Positions 45,773 through 59,550 of a stretch of DNA of 64,000 nucleotides are shown piece by piece. The notes below the pieces were generated by a model. That model was not told the origin of the DNA. It saw only the letters and a list, made by a program, of their open reading frames with translations, and made no database searches. The position numbers and the translations under genes are program-made. Origin of the DNA: the human T2T-CHM13v2.0 reference genome, Homo sapiens; the NCBI RefSeq assembly GCF_009914755.1, contig NC_060932.1. One strand, given 5' to 3'. Position 1 is the first letter of the stretch; every line of letters starts with the position of its first letter.

Positions 45773-45864
45773 TGTGTAATTGAATTTTGAACACTCTTCT
45801 CATTTAAGGTCATTCCAGGAGGTGGGTCATTTTGCAAAGCCAACAGTTCTTTCTGTAGTCGTTT
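45773..45864 (-). CDS. UBE2W: UBE2W coding exon 2 (92 bp; KRLQKELLALQNDPPPGMTLNEKSVQNSIT + CA)
   Basis: Minus strand ttctag|AAA CGA CTA CAG... ATT ACA CA|gtaagt. The translation matches the UBE2W N-terminal helix. The phase-2 end joins the next exon to make Gln. Confidence 0.97.
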
Positions 45865-45894
45865 CTAGAAAAGAACATCAATAATAATTTGTCC

Positions 45895-46178
<284 letters not shown>

Positions 46179-46375
46179 GCACTTTTAAAAAAACAACATA
46201 ACATCTTTCCAGTTATCCTTGATAATATCCTTCTACAATCTGAAATCATTAAATTTCCTCCAAATGTTCATACCTTTCTCTTTACTAGCCCCTTATATAT
46301 TCTATATACATATTGCTCAAAATTTGAATAGCCTGTCCTATAATTCACAATCTATTGTCAAACTATTTCAACACT

Positions 46376-46515
46376 AGAGCTTCCAGGCAGCTGAATGTAT
46401 GGAGTTTCCTGGAGGGTGGCACATCTGGAACGAAACATGGAAACTCCACATCCCTTCCCTCATGTACTTCTTCATCTGTATGCATTATAATATTCTTTCC
46501 TATAAACCAGTAAAT
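46376..46515 (+). mobile_element. MER21-like LTR segment (140 bp) forming the 5' end of the RGS10 retrocopy
   Basis: agagcttccaggcagctgaatgtatggagtttcctggagggtggcac...catggaaactccacatcccttccctcat...cttcatctgtat...taaaccagtaaat resembles the recalled MER21 consensus. Confidence 0.75.
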
Positions 46516-47930
46516 ACATCTATGGCAGTAATAGTAGTTCTGGCAGCAGCCACCAGAGCCTCAAGAGCACAGCCAAATGGGTGGCTTTCCTGGAGAATCT
46601 GCTGGAAGACCTAGAAGGCATGAAAAGATTAAGGAAATTTTTTAAAAAGATATTCAATGAAGAAAATATTTTGTTTTGGCTAGCATGTAAAGATTTCTTT
46701 TTTTAATGCAAGATAAGCAGATGCAAGAAAAGGCAAAGGAGGTCTACATGACCTTTCTTTCCAGTAAGGCCTCGCCACAAGTCAAAAAGAATATATTTTC
46801 ACTCAACAAAAGATCTTTTCACTCAACAAAAAGATCCTGGAAGAACCACATCCTCTGATGTTCCAGGAACTCCAGGACTGGATTTTCAATCTCACGAAGT
46901 ACAACAGCTACAGTAGCTGCTTAAAGTTTGACTAGGTTTGTTGTTGTTTATTTTTTAAGAGACAGGGCCTCACTCTGTCACTCCAGCAGGCATGCAGTGG
47001 CACAATCCTAGCTCACTGCAGCCTGGAACTTCTGGGCTCCAGCCGTCCTTCTGCCTGAGTCTCCTGAGTAGCTAGGACTACAGGTGTTCAACACCATGCT
47101 TGGCTAATTAAAAAAAAAAATTTTTTTTTTGTAGAGACAGGGTCTCACTATGTTGCACAGGCTGGTCTTAAACTCCTGGCCTCAAGTGCTCCTTCCACCC
47201 TGCTTTCTCAAAGGATTACAGGTGTGCGCCACTGTGCCAGCCCTGATTTGCTTTTAAAATACAAGCAAACTGCAAAAGAAGAGAAAGTTCAACCTGATGC
47301 TCAAACTACAGCTAGAAAAGCTTCTAGAATTTTTAACACGAGTTCCCAAAGACTGGCAGATTTATGAAGGAAAGAAAGTAGGCTACGTGTGGTGGCTCAT
47401 GAATACAATCTCAGCGCTTTGGGAGGGAGAGACGGGGAAAATGCTTGAGCCCAGCAGTTTGAGACCAGCTTGGGTAACATAGTGAGACCCTGTCTCTACA
47501 AAAACAAACAAACAAAAAAAATAAATAAATATATATATATATATATTAGCCAGGTGTAGGGGCATGCACCTGTACTCCCAGGTACTTCAGAGGATAAGGT
47601 AGGAGGATCTTTTGAGCCCAGGAGGCCAAGGCTGCAGTGAACTATAGTTGTACCACTGCACTCCAGCCTAAGTTACAGAGTGAGATTCTGTCTCAAAAAT
47701 AAAACAAAAATTAGAAAAATCATAACAAAAAGAAGCAAATAAACTTTCAGGGTTTCTAATTGCCTTGTTATGTACAAAAACTGAATGGGATATGTGTATT
47801 CTCTTCAATGGGATACGTGTATTTTATTAACTGCTTGACCAGTAAGTTTTGCATAATGGCTAATCTTACATTAAAAAAATAGCTTTGAAGTTTCGGTTCA
47901 CAAAACGAATCGATTTCTTCCACACTGGAA
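46516..47930 (+). pseudogene. RGS10P1: RGS10 processed pseudogene, antisense in UBE2W intron 1 and interrupted by two Alus (~46935-47243 -, ~47382-47712 +)
   Basis: Translates as [51 protein letters not shown] (stop TAA 46704-46706), then [35 protein letters not shown] and, after the Alu, [15 protein letters not shown]. This is RGS10 without introns. UTR-like sequence continues to ~47930. The pseudogene symbol is from memory. Confidence 0.92.
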
Positions 47931-48019
47931 AAAATATTTCAACACTGATGCTGTAAAGCAGTTATGACGAATAGGCAGTTACCTATACAACATCAAGACA
48001 TCATAGCTACTATATTGAG

Positions 48020-48215
48020 GTTGTAGGTCGAGTAGCCATTATCTGAACTGCTTGTGACCAGAACTGTTTCGGATTTACTGGTTGAGCATCCCAAATCTAA
48101 AAAGCCAGAATCTGAAATGCTCCAATGAACATTACCTTTGAGTGTCATGTTGCTACTTAAAATGTTTCAGATTTTGGAGCATTTCACATTTCAGATTGGG
48201 GATGCTCAACCTGCG
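48020..48215. mobile_element. Tigger4a/MER46-like DNA transposon fossil
   Basis: ggttgagcatcccaaatct...gaaatgctccaatgaac...ttttggagcatttc...attggggatgctcaacctg, internally palindromic. Confidence 0.75.
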
Positions 48216-48320
48216 TAAGGTCTTAACAGCTTGAGTTAAAAGTGCTTAAAAGTTTTAGCAGTGCTTCCTTTGCTGCTTTCTAATTATAAAACCCATAGTT
48301 CGGCTGGGCGTTGTGGCTCA

Positions 48321-48665
<345 letters not shown>

Positions 48666-49159
48666 CTAAAAGTAACCCTTTATGCAAAAAGCCTTTCAAA
48701 AATTTTATGCCTTGTGACGAGAATGAAATAAGAAAAAAGAAAAGAAAATATTAATAAAATTTTAAATGATTTTATATGTATAATTTTTAAAAAATTTTAA
48801 AGTAATTTTAATATATAATGATCACCTGCACAGTTTAATATTTCAAGGTTATTGTTAATGAACATCGTTTATAGTAGAACATCAGAATACAACATATTAT
48901 GATCTGAGATATGTTAAGGTTTTCTTCCTACATATTAGGTATCCTAAAATGGCTACGTATTTTGCACGCTTATTTGTACAGCTTTTATTGTACACCTCTT
49001 CCCTTGTTATCATCAGTGGACATACTTTTTCAGTGTACAACCAGGCAAAAACAAAACAAAACAAAACAAAACACAGTAGTCCCTAATTTATGAATTTTAA
49101 AACCAAATAACTAATGTTATTAAAATTGCATGCAAGATTATAAAGGGTCTTAATATGAC

Positions 49160-49438
49160 TTTTTTTTCAGAGACAGGGTCTCGCTATGTTGCCCAAGCTG
49201 GAGTACACAGGTGCAATCCCACTACTGATTGGCATGGGAGTTTTGACCTGCTCTGTTTCTGACCTGGATCGTTCACCCCTCCTCCTGAGACAACCTGGTG
49301 GTCCCTCGCTCCCGAGAGGTCACCATATTGATGCCGAACTCAATGTGGACACCCAATCAACATAGTGCATGACAGCCCAGAACTCCTGCCGCAGCTTTCC
49401 AAATAGCTGGGACAACAGGCACCTACACTACACCCAGC
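49160..49438 (-). pseudogene. 7SL (SRP) RNA retropseudogene
   Basis: Reverse complement includes the 7SL S-domain that Alus lack (cccactactgat...ggagttttgacctgctc...ttcacccctcc...caacctggtggtccc...ggtcaccatattgatgccgaact), plus a T-tail on +. Confidence 0.88.
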
Positions 49439-50691
49439 GTAAGTCTTTTCTTAAAGTGAAGAAGACAAGTATGGATATCTGTTCATTTCTTAAGAGTACT
49501 CTGCTTAAAAATTGGTTTCTGTTTTTTCTGGACAATGAAATATTACTATCAGTAAGTAATGTTTCTACGTCTTTTCAATTTATGTCACTTAAAATAAGCT
49601 TAGCCATCCAACACCACTACAGATAGAAAACTGTGTTGTGAATCACTGTAATGGACTTTAAATTTGCTTAAATAATTTGTTTTGAATAAAGACAAATTTA
49701 TGCAAATTTCTGTTTGAACAAGGTTTTAATTATTTTCTACTGATATTCACAAATGAGGGTTCTGTGATCACGTACATTTTTTTAAAAACTGGGTCAAACA
49801 AAGAACTGGCTTCTTCAACAGAACTTTCCATATACTAACTTGTACAGTCATTGTCCAAAGGCAAGATGACATAAAGAGGTTTCCAAAAATAGCTGAGCAC
49901 AGTGATGCATGCCTGTAGTCCCAGCTACTCAGGGGGCTGAGGCAGGAGAATTGTTTGAGTCTAGAAGTTGGAGTCCAGCCTGGGCAACACAGCAAGAACT
50001 TGTCTCTAATAACATTAAACAAGGCCAGGCACAGTGGCTCAAGCCTGTAATTCCAGCACTTTGGGAGGTCAAGGAGCATGTAATGCCTGAGGTCAGGAGT
50101 TCAAGACTAGCCTGGGCAACATGGCGAAACCTCGTCTCTACTACAAATACAAAAATTAGCTAGGAGTGGTGGCATGCGCCTGTAATCCCAGCTACTCGGG
50201 AGGCTGAGGCACAAGAATAGCTTGAACTCGGGAGGCGGAGGTTGCAGTGAGCCTAGATCACGCGAATGCACTGCAGCCTGGGCTATAGAGTGAGACTCCA
50301 TCTCAATAAAATAAAATAAACAAAAAACTCCCAACAACAACAAAAAAGAGGTTTCCAAAGATAATAGAACCCTTTGTAGAGCGTCTCAAGCCTTGTTTCA
50401 AGGACCATATTTTGGGAAACACTGCTGCAGAAATCTTCCAGATCTTGAGAACTTTACTAAGTCAAGAAGGATAATCCTTCTTAGTAGGAGAAGCAAGAAT
50501 ATAAAGGAGAATCAATCTGCATAACTACCAAGCGAAACACAAGACAACAAAAGCAAACTAAACTAAAAAAGCGCTTTATTGGTATATCATCCCTGGTCTC
50601 CTGAACATAATGGAAAAGGGTTCTATAGAAAAAAAAAAAAAAGTTTCTCCTTACCCTTAGACTTCTTTCATCTCCACAAAGGAAGGGACCT

Positions 50692-51500
50692 ATGATAGCC
50701 AACTTTCAAGATAATTCCCAACAAACTCTAAAGGTCCTAGTATTCACACCCTTGTGTAGTTCCCTCCCTCAGAGCTGATCTGTGTGACCAATGGAATACA
50801 GCAGAAATGGTGTGTCACTCCCAAGATTAGATTATTTTAAAAACTATGGTTTCTGTGGCCGGGTGCGATGGCTCATGCCTGTAATCCCAGTACTTTGGGA
50901 GGCCGAGGTGGGTGAATCACCTGAGGTCAGGAATTCGGGACCAGCCTGACTAATATGGTGAAAACCTGTCTCTACTAAAAATACAAAAAATCAGCTGGGC
51001 GTGGTGGCATGCGTCTGTAATCTCGGCTACTCGGGAGGCTGAGACAGGAGAATTGCTTGTACCCGGGAGGCAGAGGTTGCAGTGAGTGAGATCAAGCTGC
51101 TGCACTCCAGCCTGGGCGAGAGAGCGAGACTTTGCCTCAAAAAACAACAAAACAAAACAAAACACTATGGTTTCTGTCTTGGTAATTCTCTCTCTCAAAT
51201 CACTTGCTCTGGAGGAATCAAGCTATCATGTTGAGAACAGCCTAATTCAGAGGCCTTCATAGTGAGGAACTGAAACCTCCTACCAATAACCATGTGATGA
51301 TTTGTAGGCAAATCCTTCAATTCAAATCAAGCTTTCAGATGACTACTATCTTAGCCAGTACCTTACCTGCAAACTCAAGAGGGACCCTAAGCCAGAATCA
51401 AACAACTATGCCTCTGATTCCTGACCCTCGGAACTGTGAAATAACATTTGTTGTTTTAAATCGCTAAGTTTAAGGGTTTGTTACGCACTGATAGATAATA
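50692..51500 (+). mobile_element. MLT1 (MLT1F-like) MaLR LTR interrupted by an Alu (~50857-51165, +)
   Basis: gtattcacacccttgtgtagttccctccc...agtgaggaactgaaacctcc...aactgtgaaataacatttgttgttttaa...gataataca. Confidence 0.75.
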
Positions 51501-52449
51501 CAGGACCACTGCTCCATCCTCCCCTCCATCCCAGAAGGGACTGTCATCTACTTCCTCATCAATATCACTAAGTCACAATCTAAGACATTCACTGGACCAT
51601 GCTTTTTTACTGAGGGGGTGGAATTATTACATTAAAAAAAGACAATTCATGCCAGCCCCCAGCCTTCTTAGCTACTAGGCAATAAACTGCCTTGCATATT
51701 CACATCCCCTGAAATAGTGAGAGAGAAGGGCCAGCATTTGGGGGGTTAAATGAGTACATACTACATTCACAAATAAAACATTTTTTAAAAAGATACAAAC
51801 AGTGAAAGGTCAAGCAATGTGTAGTATCTGTTCTGCAGATTCACAAAAACAGAATTCACCCTTAGTTGCATTCTTCCCAGAACAACAGTTCATTAGACAG
51901 GGCAGGAAAAATCCTGAAGTCGTGATTCTAAAAAACTAGTTCTAAGTTTCCCAAATGTAGACATGGAAGAGCTGAAAGAAAATGATTTAAAGAGCTGCAT
52001 GTAAAGATAAATGAAAATTCACATTTTGTTTGTAAATATGAAGAACTAGTATGACCTTTTAGAGGTCACACAATCCAGAAAGCTATAATCACATGAGGCT
52101 GCATTCACCTATAAATGAAGACAAAGTATTAACAAATTTGTTAAGAAACACTAGTATTTAGGACAGAACACTTGCTAAAGGTATGACACCACTGGCTTAT
52201 AAAACCATCATGGCCATACTGGCCTGCTTTCCCAAGTGGTAGGGAAAATGGCAGCTACAGATTGAGATAACTACAAAATGGAAAATAACTGCAGAATGTT
52301 AAGTACTGTAAGAAAAGCAGCAGAAACACCCAGAAACCATGGGGGAAAAGGGAGAAGAGGACATGAGAAATTAGGTTCCAGTGGTTCATAGCCAAATATT
52401 ACCCTTGTCTGTCCCAAAATTGGTGAGGTATGGGAAAATTAACCACAAA

Positions 52450-52875
<426 letters not shown>

Positions 52876-54230
52876 TCAAGCTTGGGCAACAGAGTGAGAC
52901 TCTTGTCTTAAAAAAAAAAAAATTATGAAGTGGTATTAAAGAGTTTAATTTTCCTAAGTCTACTGAAAAATAAAACTTCGAGTATGTTTCTGAGTTAACT
53001 TTTTAAAATTGATTTAAAAATATATACTTTGTAGAGACAGGTTTTAGCTGTGCTGCCTGGCCTGGTCTCAAGTGATCCTCCCACCCCAGCCTCCCAAAGT
53101 GCTAGGATTACAGGCGCAAGCCATTGCACCCCCAGCCCTGAGTAAATTTAATAACTGATTCTTATCTTGGTATTTAACACCTACCCCAAAACACATGACT
53201 TCAGCAAATCTTTAAATATGCACTTTATTCCCAGAATTTGCATAGGAGTGCACAGACATCTATCCTCCCCAGGGCGAAAAGGCCTAAAGTTATTTGCAAA
53301 AGAATCTCATTCCAGAAGAGGCTGTTTCCTTTTTTTTATTCTTCCATCCAAAAAAGCCAGTCAGGTCCAGAATGTAAATGTTTTGAAGCATCTCAAATCT
53401 GGAGAAAACCTGAAAACTCTAGCCCTTACCTTGTGTTGGTTCAAGTCTGCAAAGCACCCAAGAATCTGAGCTCTTCTAAGATACCCAAGGTTTACAAATT
53501 CAGTAAGAAGGATTCTGATACATCTAAATACCAATAATGGTATGTAAATGATTACATACTTTCAGAACTGGCTCGGCTTTTCAGTGATTTTATAGTCCAG
53601 CTAGCAGCCAGCTCCCTTTCTCTCCTTCCTCATCATAAAAATAAATGATATGAAACCACACTAATTTATTCTTTTTTTTCCCCCCGGTAAGAAAACCATT
53701 GACAAATTCCATAATTAACTATTGTCAATGTATTGGGACATACCACAAAACGGAATGCCAGATCTGTATGTCATAATACCTTGGTTGAAAATCTCTACTC
53801 TAGATCACTACAACAGCCTGCGATATGCGACCCTAAACTTAAGAGTGACACCAGCCCAGGCACAGTGGCTTACACCTGTAATCCCAGCACTTTAGGAGGC
53901 CAAGGCAGGAGAATTACTTAAGCCCAGGAATTCGAGACCAGCCTGCACAACAGAGTGAGACCACGTCTCTAGGGAAAGAAAAAGAGATGACACGGGTTCA
54001 GTTCCTAAAACTTTTTTCTGCTTGAATGCATGTGAAGGATTATTCCTGAAATTTACTCTCCCCTATGACTGGGAGTTACTACAGGGGTTGAGGTGTAAAT
54101 TTAAGTTAACATCAAAAGGATGCTCAAGAGATTAATATACCCACTTCTCCCTATTTTGCACTGTCACCTCTCCAAGAATCACTGTAAAGGTTGCTTCACA
54201 TCAAAGGTCAATCAGATGTTTGCACAGGAC

Positions 54231-54546
54231 TGTAACCTTTGTAACATCACTTCAGCCTCTGATTGACTGCTTTCTGCAACTAATCAGACTGATTGTGGGC
54301 CACCACTTCATTTACATGAAGTGAACACCAAGTGGCCAATGGGAAACCTCTAGGGGGTATTTGGACCCAAGAAGATTCTGTATCTGGGGCCCTTGAGCGG
54401 CTGCTCTGGCCACTCCAACCCTGTGGAGTGTACTTTCATTTTCAATAAAGCTCTGCTTTTGTTGTTTCATTCTTTCCTTGCTTTGTGCATTTTGTCCAAT
54501 TCTTTCTTCAAAATGCCAAGAACCTGGACACCCTCCACCGGTAACA
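54231..54546 (+). mobile_element. ERV1 LTR, MER51-like (3' portion)
   Basis: Contains cacttcatttacat...ccaagtggccaatgggaaacctctagggggtattt, AATAAA at 54444-54449, and the end ggacaccctccaccggtaaca. Confidence 0.75.
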
Positions 54547-54740
54547 AATGCCCATATTTACATATTAGTTTAAGTTTGCTATTTCAGAGAGCTGCGATGA
54601 TAGGTACATCAGTACTGAAAAAGCACTACTACTTGGTTCTTCAGTAGGGAACATTACTGTTTAGAATGAATACTACTACATCAAATGAAATGATCCTGGT
54701 TATTTTGAATCATGGAAGACATTTTTTTAAAATGCTCCTA

Positions 54741-55094
<354 letters not shown>

Positions 55095-56026
55095 CTAAAA
55101 AGCTCATTCATTTCTTTTTTGGTTTTTTTTTTTTTTTTTTGAAACAGAATCTTGCTCTGCCACCCAGGCTGGATGGAGTACAGTGGTGCAATCTCTGCTC
55201 ACTCAGCCTCTACTTCCCGGGCTCAAGCGATTCTCATGCCTCAGCCTCCCGAGTAGGTGGGACTCCAGGCATGCATCACCACACCTGGCTAAATTTTGTA
55301 TTTTAAACATGGTGAGATGGGGTTTCACCATGTTGGCCAAGCTGGTCTCGAACTCCTGGCCTCCAGTGATCCACCTGCCTTGGCCTCCCAAAGCACTGGG
55401 ATTACAGGTGTTGAGCCACCGTGCCTGGCCAAAAGCTCATTCATTTTTCTTTTCTTTTTTTTCCCCCCAAGAAGGAGTCTTGCTCTGTCGCCCAGGCTGG
55501 AGTGCAGTGGTGCGATCTCGGCTCACTGCAAACTCTGCCTCCAAGGTTCACACCATTCTCCTGCCTCAGCCTCCTGAGTAGCTGGGACTACAGGTGCCTG
55601 CCACTACACCTGGCTAATTTTTTGTATTTTTAGTAGAGACAGGGTTTCACCATGTTAGCCGGGATGGTCTCTATCTCCTGACCTCGTGATCCGCCTGCCT
55701 TGGCCTCCCAAAGGGCTGGGATTACAAGCATGAGACACCACATCCAGCCAAAGCTCATTCATTTCTAAATTAGTCTGGCTTCTAAGCTAATTCATTTCTG
55801 AAAGTATTATCCCACATTAACACATTTTGAAAATTAAAGCACAAAAAATTCAAATGATACTCTTGTGGTTATGAATCAAAACTGGAAGAACAGAATATAT
55901 CCTTCTGAGATGCTAATAATGGCAAAATATCAACCAAGAAATTGATAAAATTCCTTACTTTGTAAAAAACTTACTTTCCAGTGAGGGAAGAGATAGTCAA
56001 TAAATAAAAACAAAGCAAGTAAGTAT

Positions 56027-56232
56027 CCAGTTGTTCTTCTGTATCCTCAGGAGCTTGATTCCAGCCCTGCCCCTTTTGCATACCAAAATCCACATATCCC
56101 AGGGGCTGAACCCGCATACAGGTAAGTCAACTCTCCGATACTCAGGTATAAAATGCTGGCAATTGGAGGAAAAAAATCTACATAGAAATGGACACACAGA
56201 GTTCAAACTCGTGTTGTTTCAAGGCTCTACTG
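56027..56232. mobile_element. MER2-like (Tigger-derived) DNA transposon fossil
   Basis: cagttgttcttctgtatc...ataccaaaatccaca...agttcaaactcgtgttgtttcaaggctctactg, with TA at the right end. Confidence 0.65.
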
Positions 56233-57640
56233 TACTATATGATATATTAAAATATGAAGAAAAATAAAGCAAATTAAGGGGATGGGGGAGGTATAGAGGT
56301 CTCACATTTTGTAAAGTTTTATCTCAACTTGACATTTTGAGAAACTATCCTAAAGGGTAGAAATCCTCATTCAGGGAAGTTAAAAGTACAAACAAGAGAA
56401 GAAAAAACATTAAAAAATGTGGGAATATATAATGGTTGCTAATACAACTGTATATAAAATGACCAAGAATGTTTTCTCCAATTTCATCTAACAACCAACT
56501 AAAGATGGAAAGTTAAAAATAGGAGGGTATGATGGAAAAAACAGAAACACCATTCACATTAATATTAATAGCACTGCACTAATAAGTAGATATTATTTTT
56601 CCCTAACAACATTAAGAAACAGAATTCTAACAGTGGCCACTTCTCCTTTCAGAGGGAAATGTGAGGCAATGTATTAAATTTACTATTTTTTTTTTAAAAC
56701 AGAACTAAACTCAGGCTGAGTAAGGAAGCATTTTCCCTCCTACTGAATTCTGATGACATTTCTAACAGTTACTTATTAAAACTGTTTTCCCTTTCAGGAA
56801 AGAGAATGCAATGTAGGTATTCATTCTTAGTTTAAGCTAAACTTTTTAAAATTCTGACAAATGAAAAAGTGTCAAGACTTAATGATTTCTGCTCTTAAGA
56901 GCCCACAGCCCACAAAAGGAGACAAATGTGCCAATAATTTCTCCATGCTTTCAGAGTACAGTAGTGTCCAAAAGAAGAGTGGTAAGAGGAGAAAAACCAG
57001 GACTGTGGTATGCACAAAGCCAAGGAAGAATATGTTTCAAGGACTAACCAGACTTTCTTTTCCAGCACAATGGCAGAGTATATACCCCGGATAATTACAG
57101 AGAAAACAAAGACAAAGTGAACGCAGGAACTCTGAAATGTAAGGATTAGGACTGGATTTTGCCGTGGAGATTTCAAACAAATCCAATAGCAAAACCAAAG
57201 TGAAGATGCTAACAGAGGAGCTACCTGAAACTATGATCCCTCAGTGTAAAGGTGAACAAGAAAATGGGCAAAGAGACAACAATGAAATTTGCCTACTTTA
57301 AACTGAAAAAAATTCTCCCCTGAAATTTCATAACCTCAACCCACATGGATTCATAGCCTGAATTCCTGCTACCTGAGAACATTAAGCAAGGATTTAATAA
57401 AAAGTAGTCCAGGAAGTGGTGGCCTCAAGGCAACCAGCAGAAACGAACACAAATATAAATCCTGGAGAAATCCAAGTTCTGTCCTTTGAGGCAACAATTT
57501 CACTGCTCAGAATCGTAGAAAGATACATATAAAATAGCTTCACTGTAAACAAAATCTAGAAATATATATCCATCAATAGGTAAATTATACAAATTATAGC
57601 ATAGCAAACTAAGACTATGCAACCGTTAAGAATGACGTGG

Positions 57641-58029
<389 letters not shown>

Positions 58030-58239
58030 TCAAAAATACATGTAATTTGTTAAAATAAAAGAGGTGTAATTACACAACATATAAATGCACACAAAGGACC
58101 AAAAACACATTCAATTATTTTGTACTTGGAAATGGCAGTGGAGAAAGAGGACATACTGTTTGCACTACATGCCTTTATATTATTTGGCTGTTTTACAAAA
58201 ATGTAGAAGTGTATTTTTTGTATAATTAAAAAATAACTC

Positions 58240-58740
58240 AATGGATGATGAAAACACATTCACACAAAAACATATATACAAACATTCATAGCAGCATTAT
58301 TCATAATGCCAAAAAACAACCCAAATGCCCACTAACTGAAGAATGAACAAAATGTGACAACCATGCAATGGAATTTTATTTCGCCTTCAAAAAGAATGAA
58401 GTACTGACTCATTTTACAACACAAATGAACCTTGAAAACATTATGATGTTTTTGAATGAAGCCAGTCACAAAAGACCACATATTGTATGATATCACTGAT
58501 ATGAAATGTCTATAACAGTCAAATCTGTAGAGATGGAAGGTAAGCTGGTGATTGCCAGGGGCTGGGGAAAGGAGAATGGAGAGTGACTACTTATGGACAC
58601 AAAGGTTGCTTTTTGGGCATGATAAAGATGTTCTAAAGTCAGATTAAGGGTATGGTTGCACAACAGAGTAAATAAATTTAAATTATCGAGTGTAGAAATG
58701 GGACTATTTTATGACATGTAAATTACATCTAAATAAAAAT
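58240..58740 (+). mobile_element. L1MB-like 3' end
   Basis: acattcatagcagcattattcataat...aaaagaatgaagtactga...gaaccttgaaaacattatg...gaagccagtcacaaaagaccacatattgtatga. Confidence 0.78.
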
Positions 58741-59218
58741 TTTTTCACCGAGCACAATGGCTTGTGCCTGTAATCCAAACACTTTGGGAGGCCAAGGCAG
58801 GAAGATTACTTGCAGCCAGGTGTATAATACCAACCTGGGCCACACAGCGAGACCACATCTCTACAAAAAAATAAAAAATTTGCCCGGCATGGTGGTGGTA
58901 TGCACCTGTAGTCCTAGCTACTCCGGAAACTGAGGGGGAAAGATTTCTTGAGCCCAGGAGTTCAGGTTATAGTGAGTTATGATCTAGCCACTGCACTCCA
59001 GCCTGAGTGACAGAGAGAGACCCTGTCTCTTTAAAAGAAAAAAGAAAACCTCAATGAGTAAAGAAACTAAACACAGGTGAAGAAAGAATTTCTACTTAGG
59101 AAGATGGCCTGAAGAAATTACCCAGGATATAACTCAGAGAAACAGATAATGAAAATATGAAAGGTAGAGACACCAAAAAAAAAAAAAAAAATTAGAGAAC
59201 AGAAAGCAACATTTTCTA

Positions 59219-59467
<249 letters not shown>

Positions 59468-59550
59468 TTAATTCTAAGCAGCATAAACAAGAAATCCAAA
59501 CTTAAACATCACTGTGAAAGCATAAAACACCAATTAAAAAGAGCTAATTC

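Noticed and set aside
46399-46614. 71-aa ORF across the LTR/RGS10 junction
   Set aside because: It is out of frame with RGS10. The RGS10 frame has stops at 46503-46505 and 46704-46706, so there is no intact chimeric protein.
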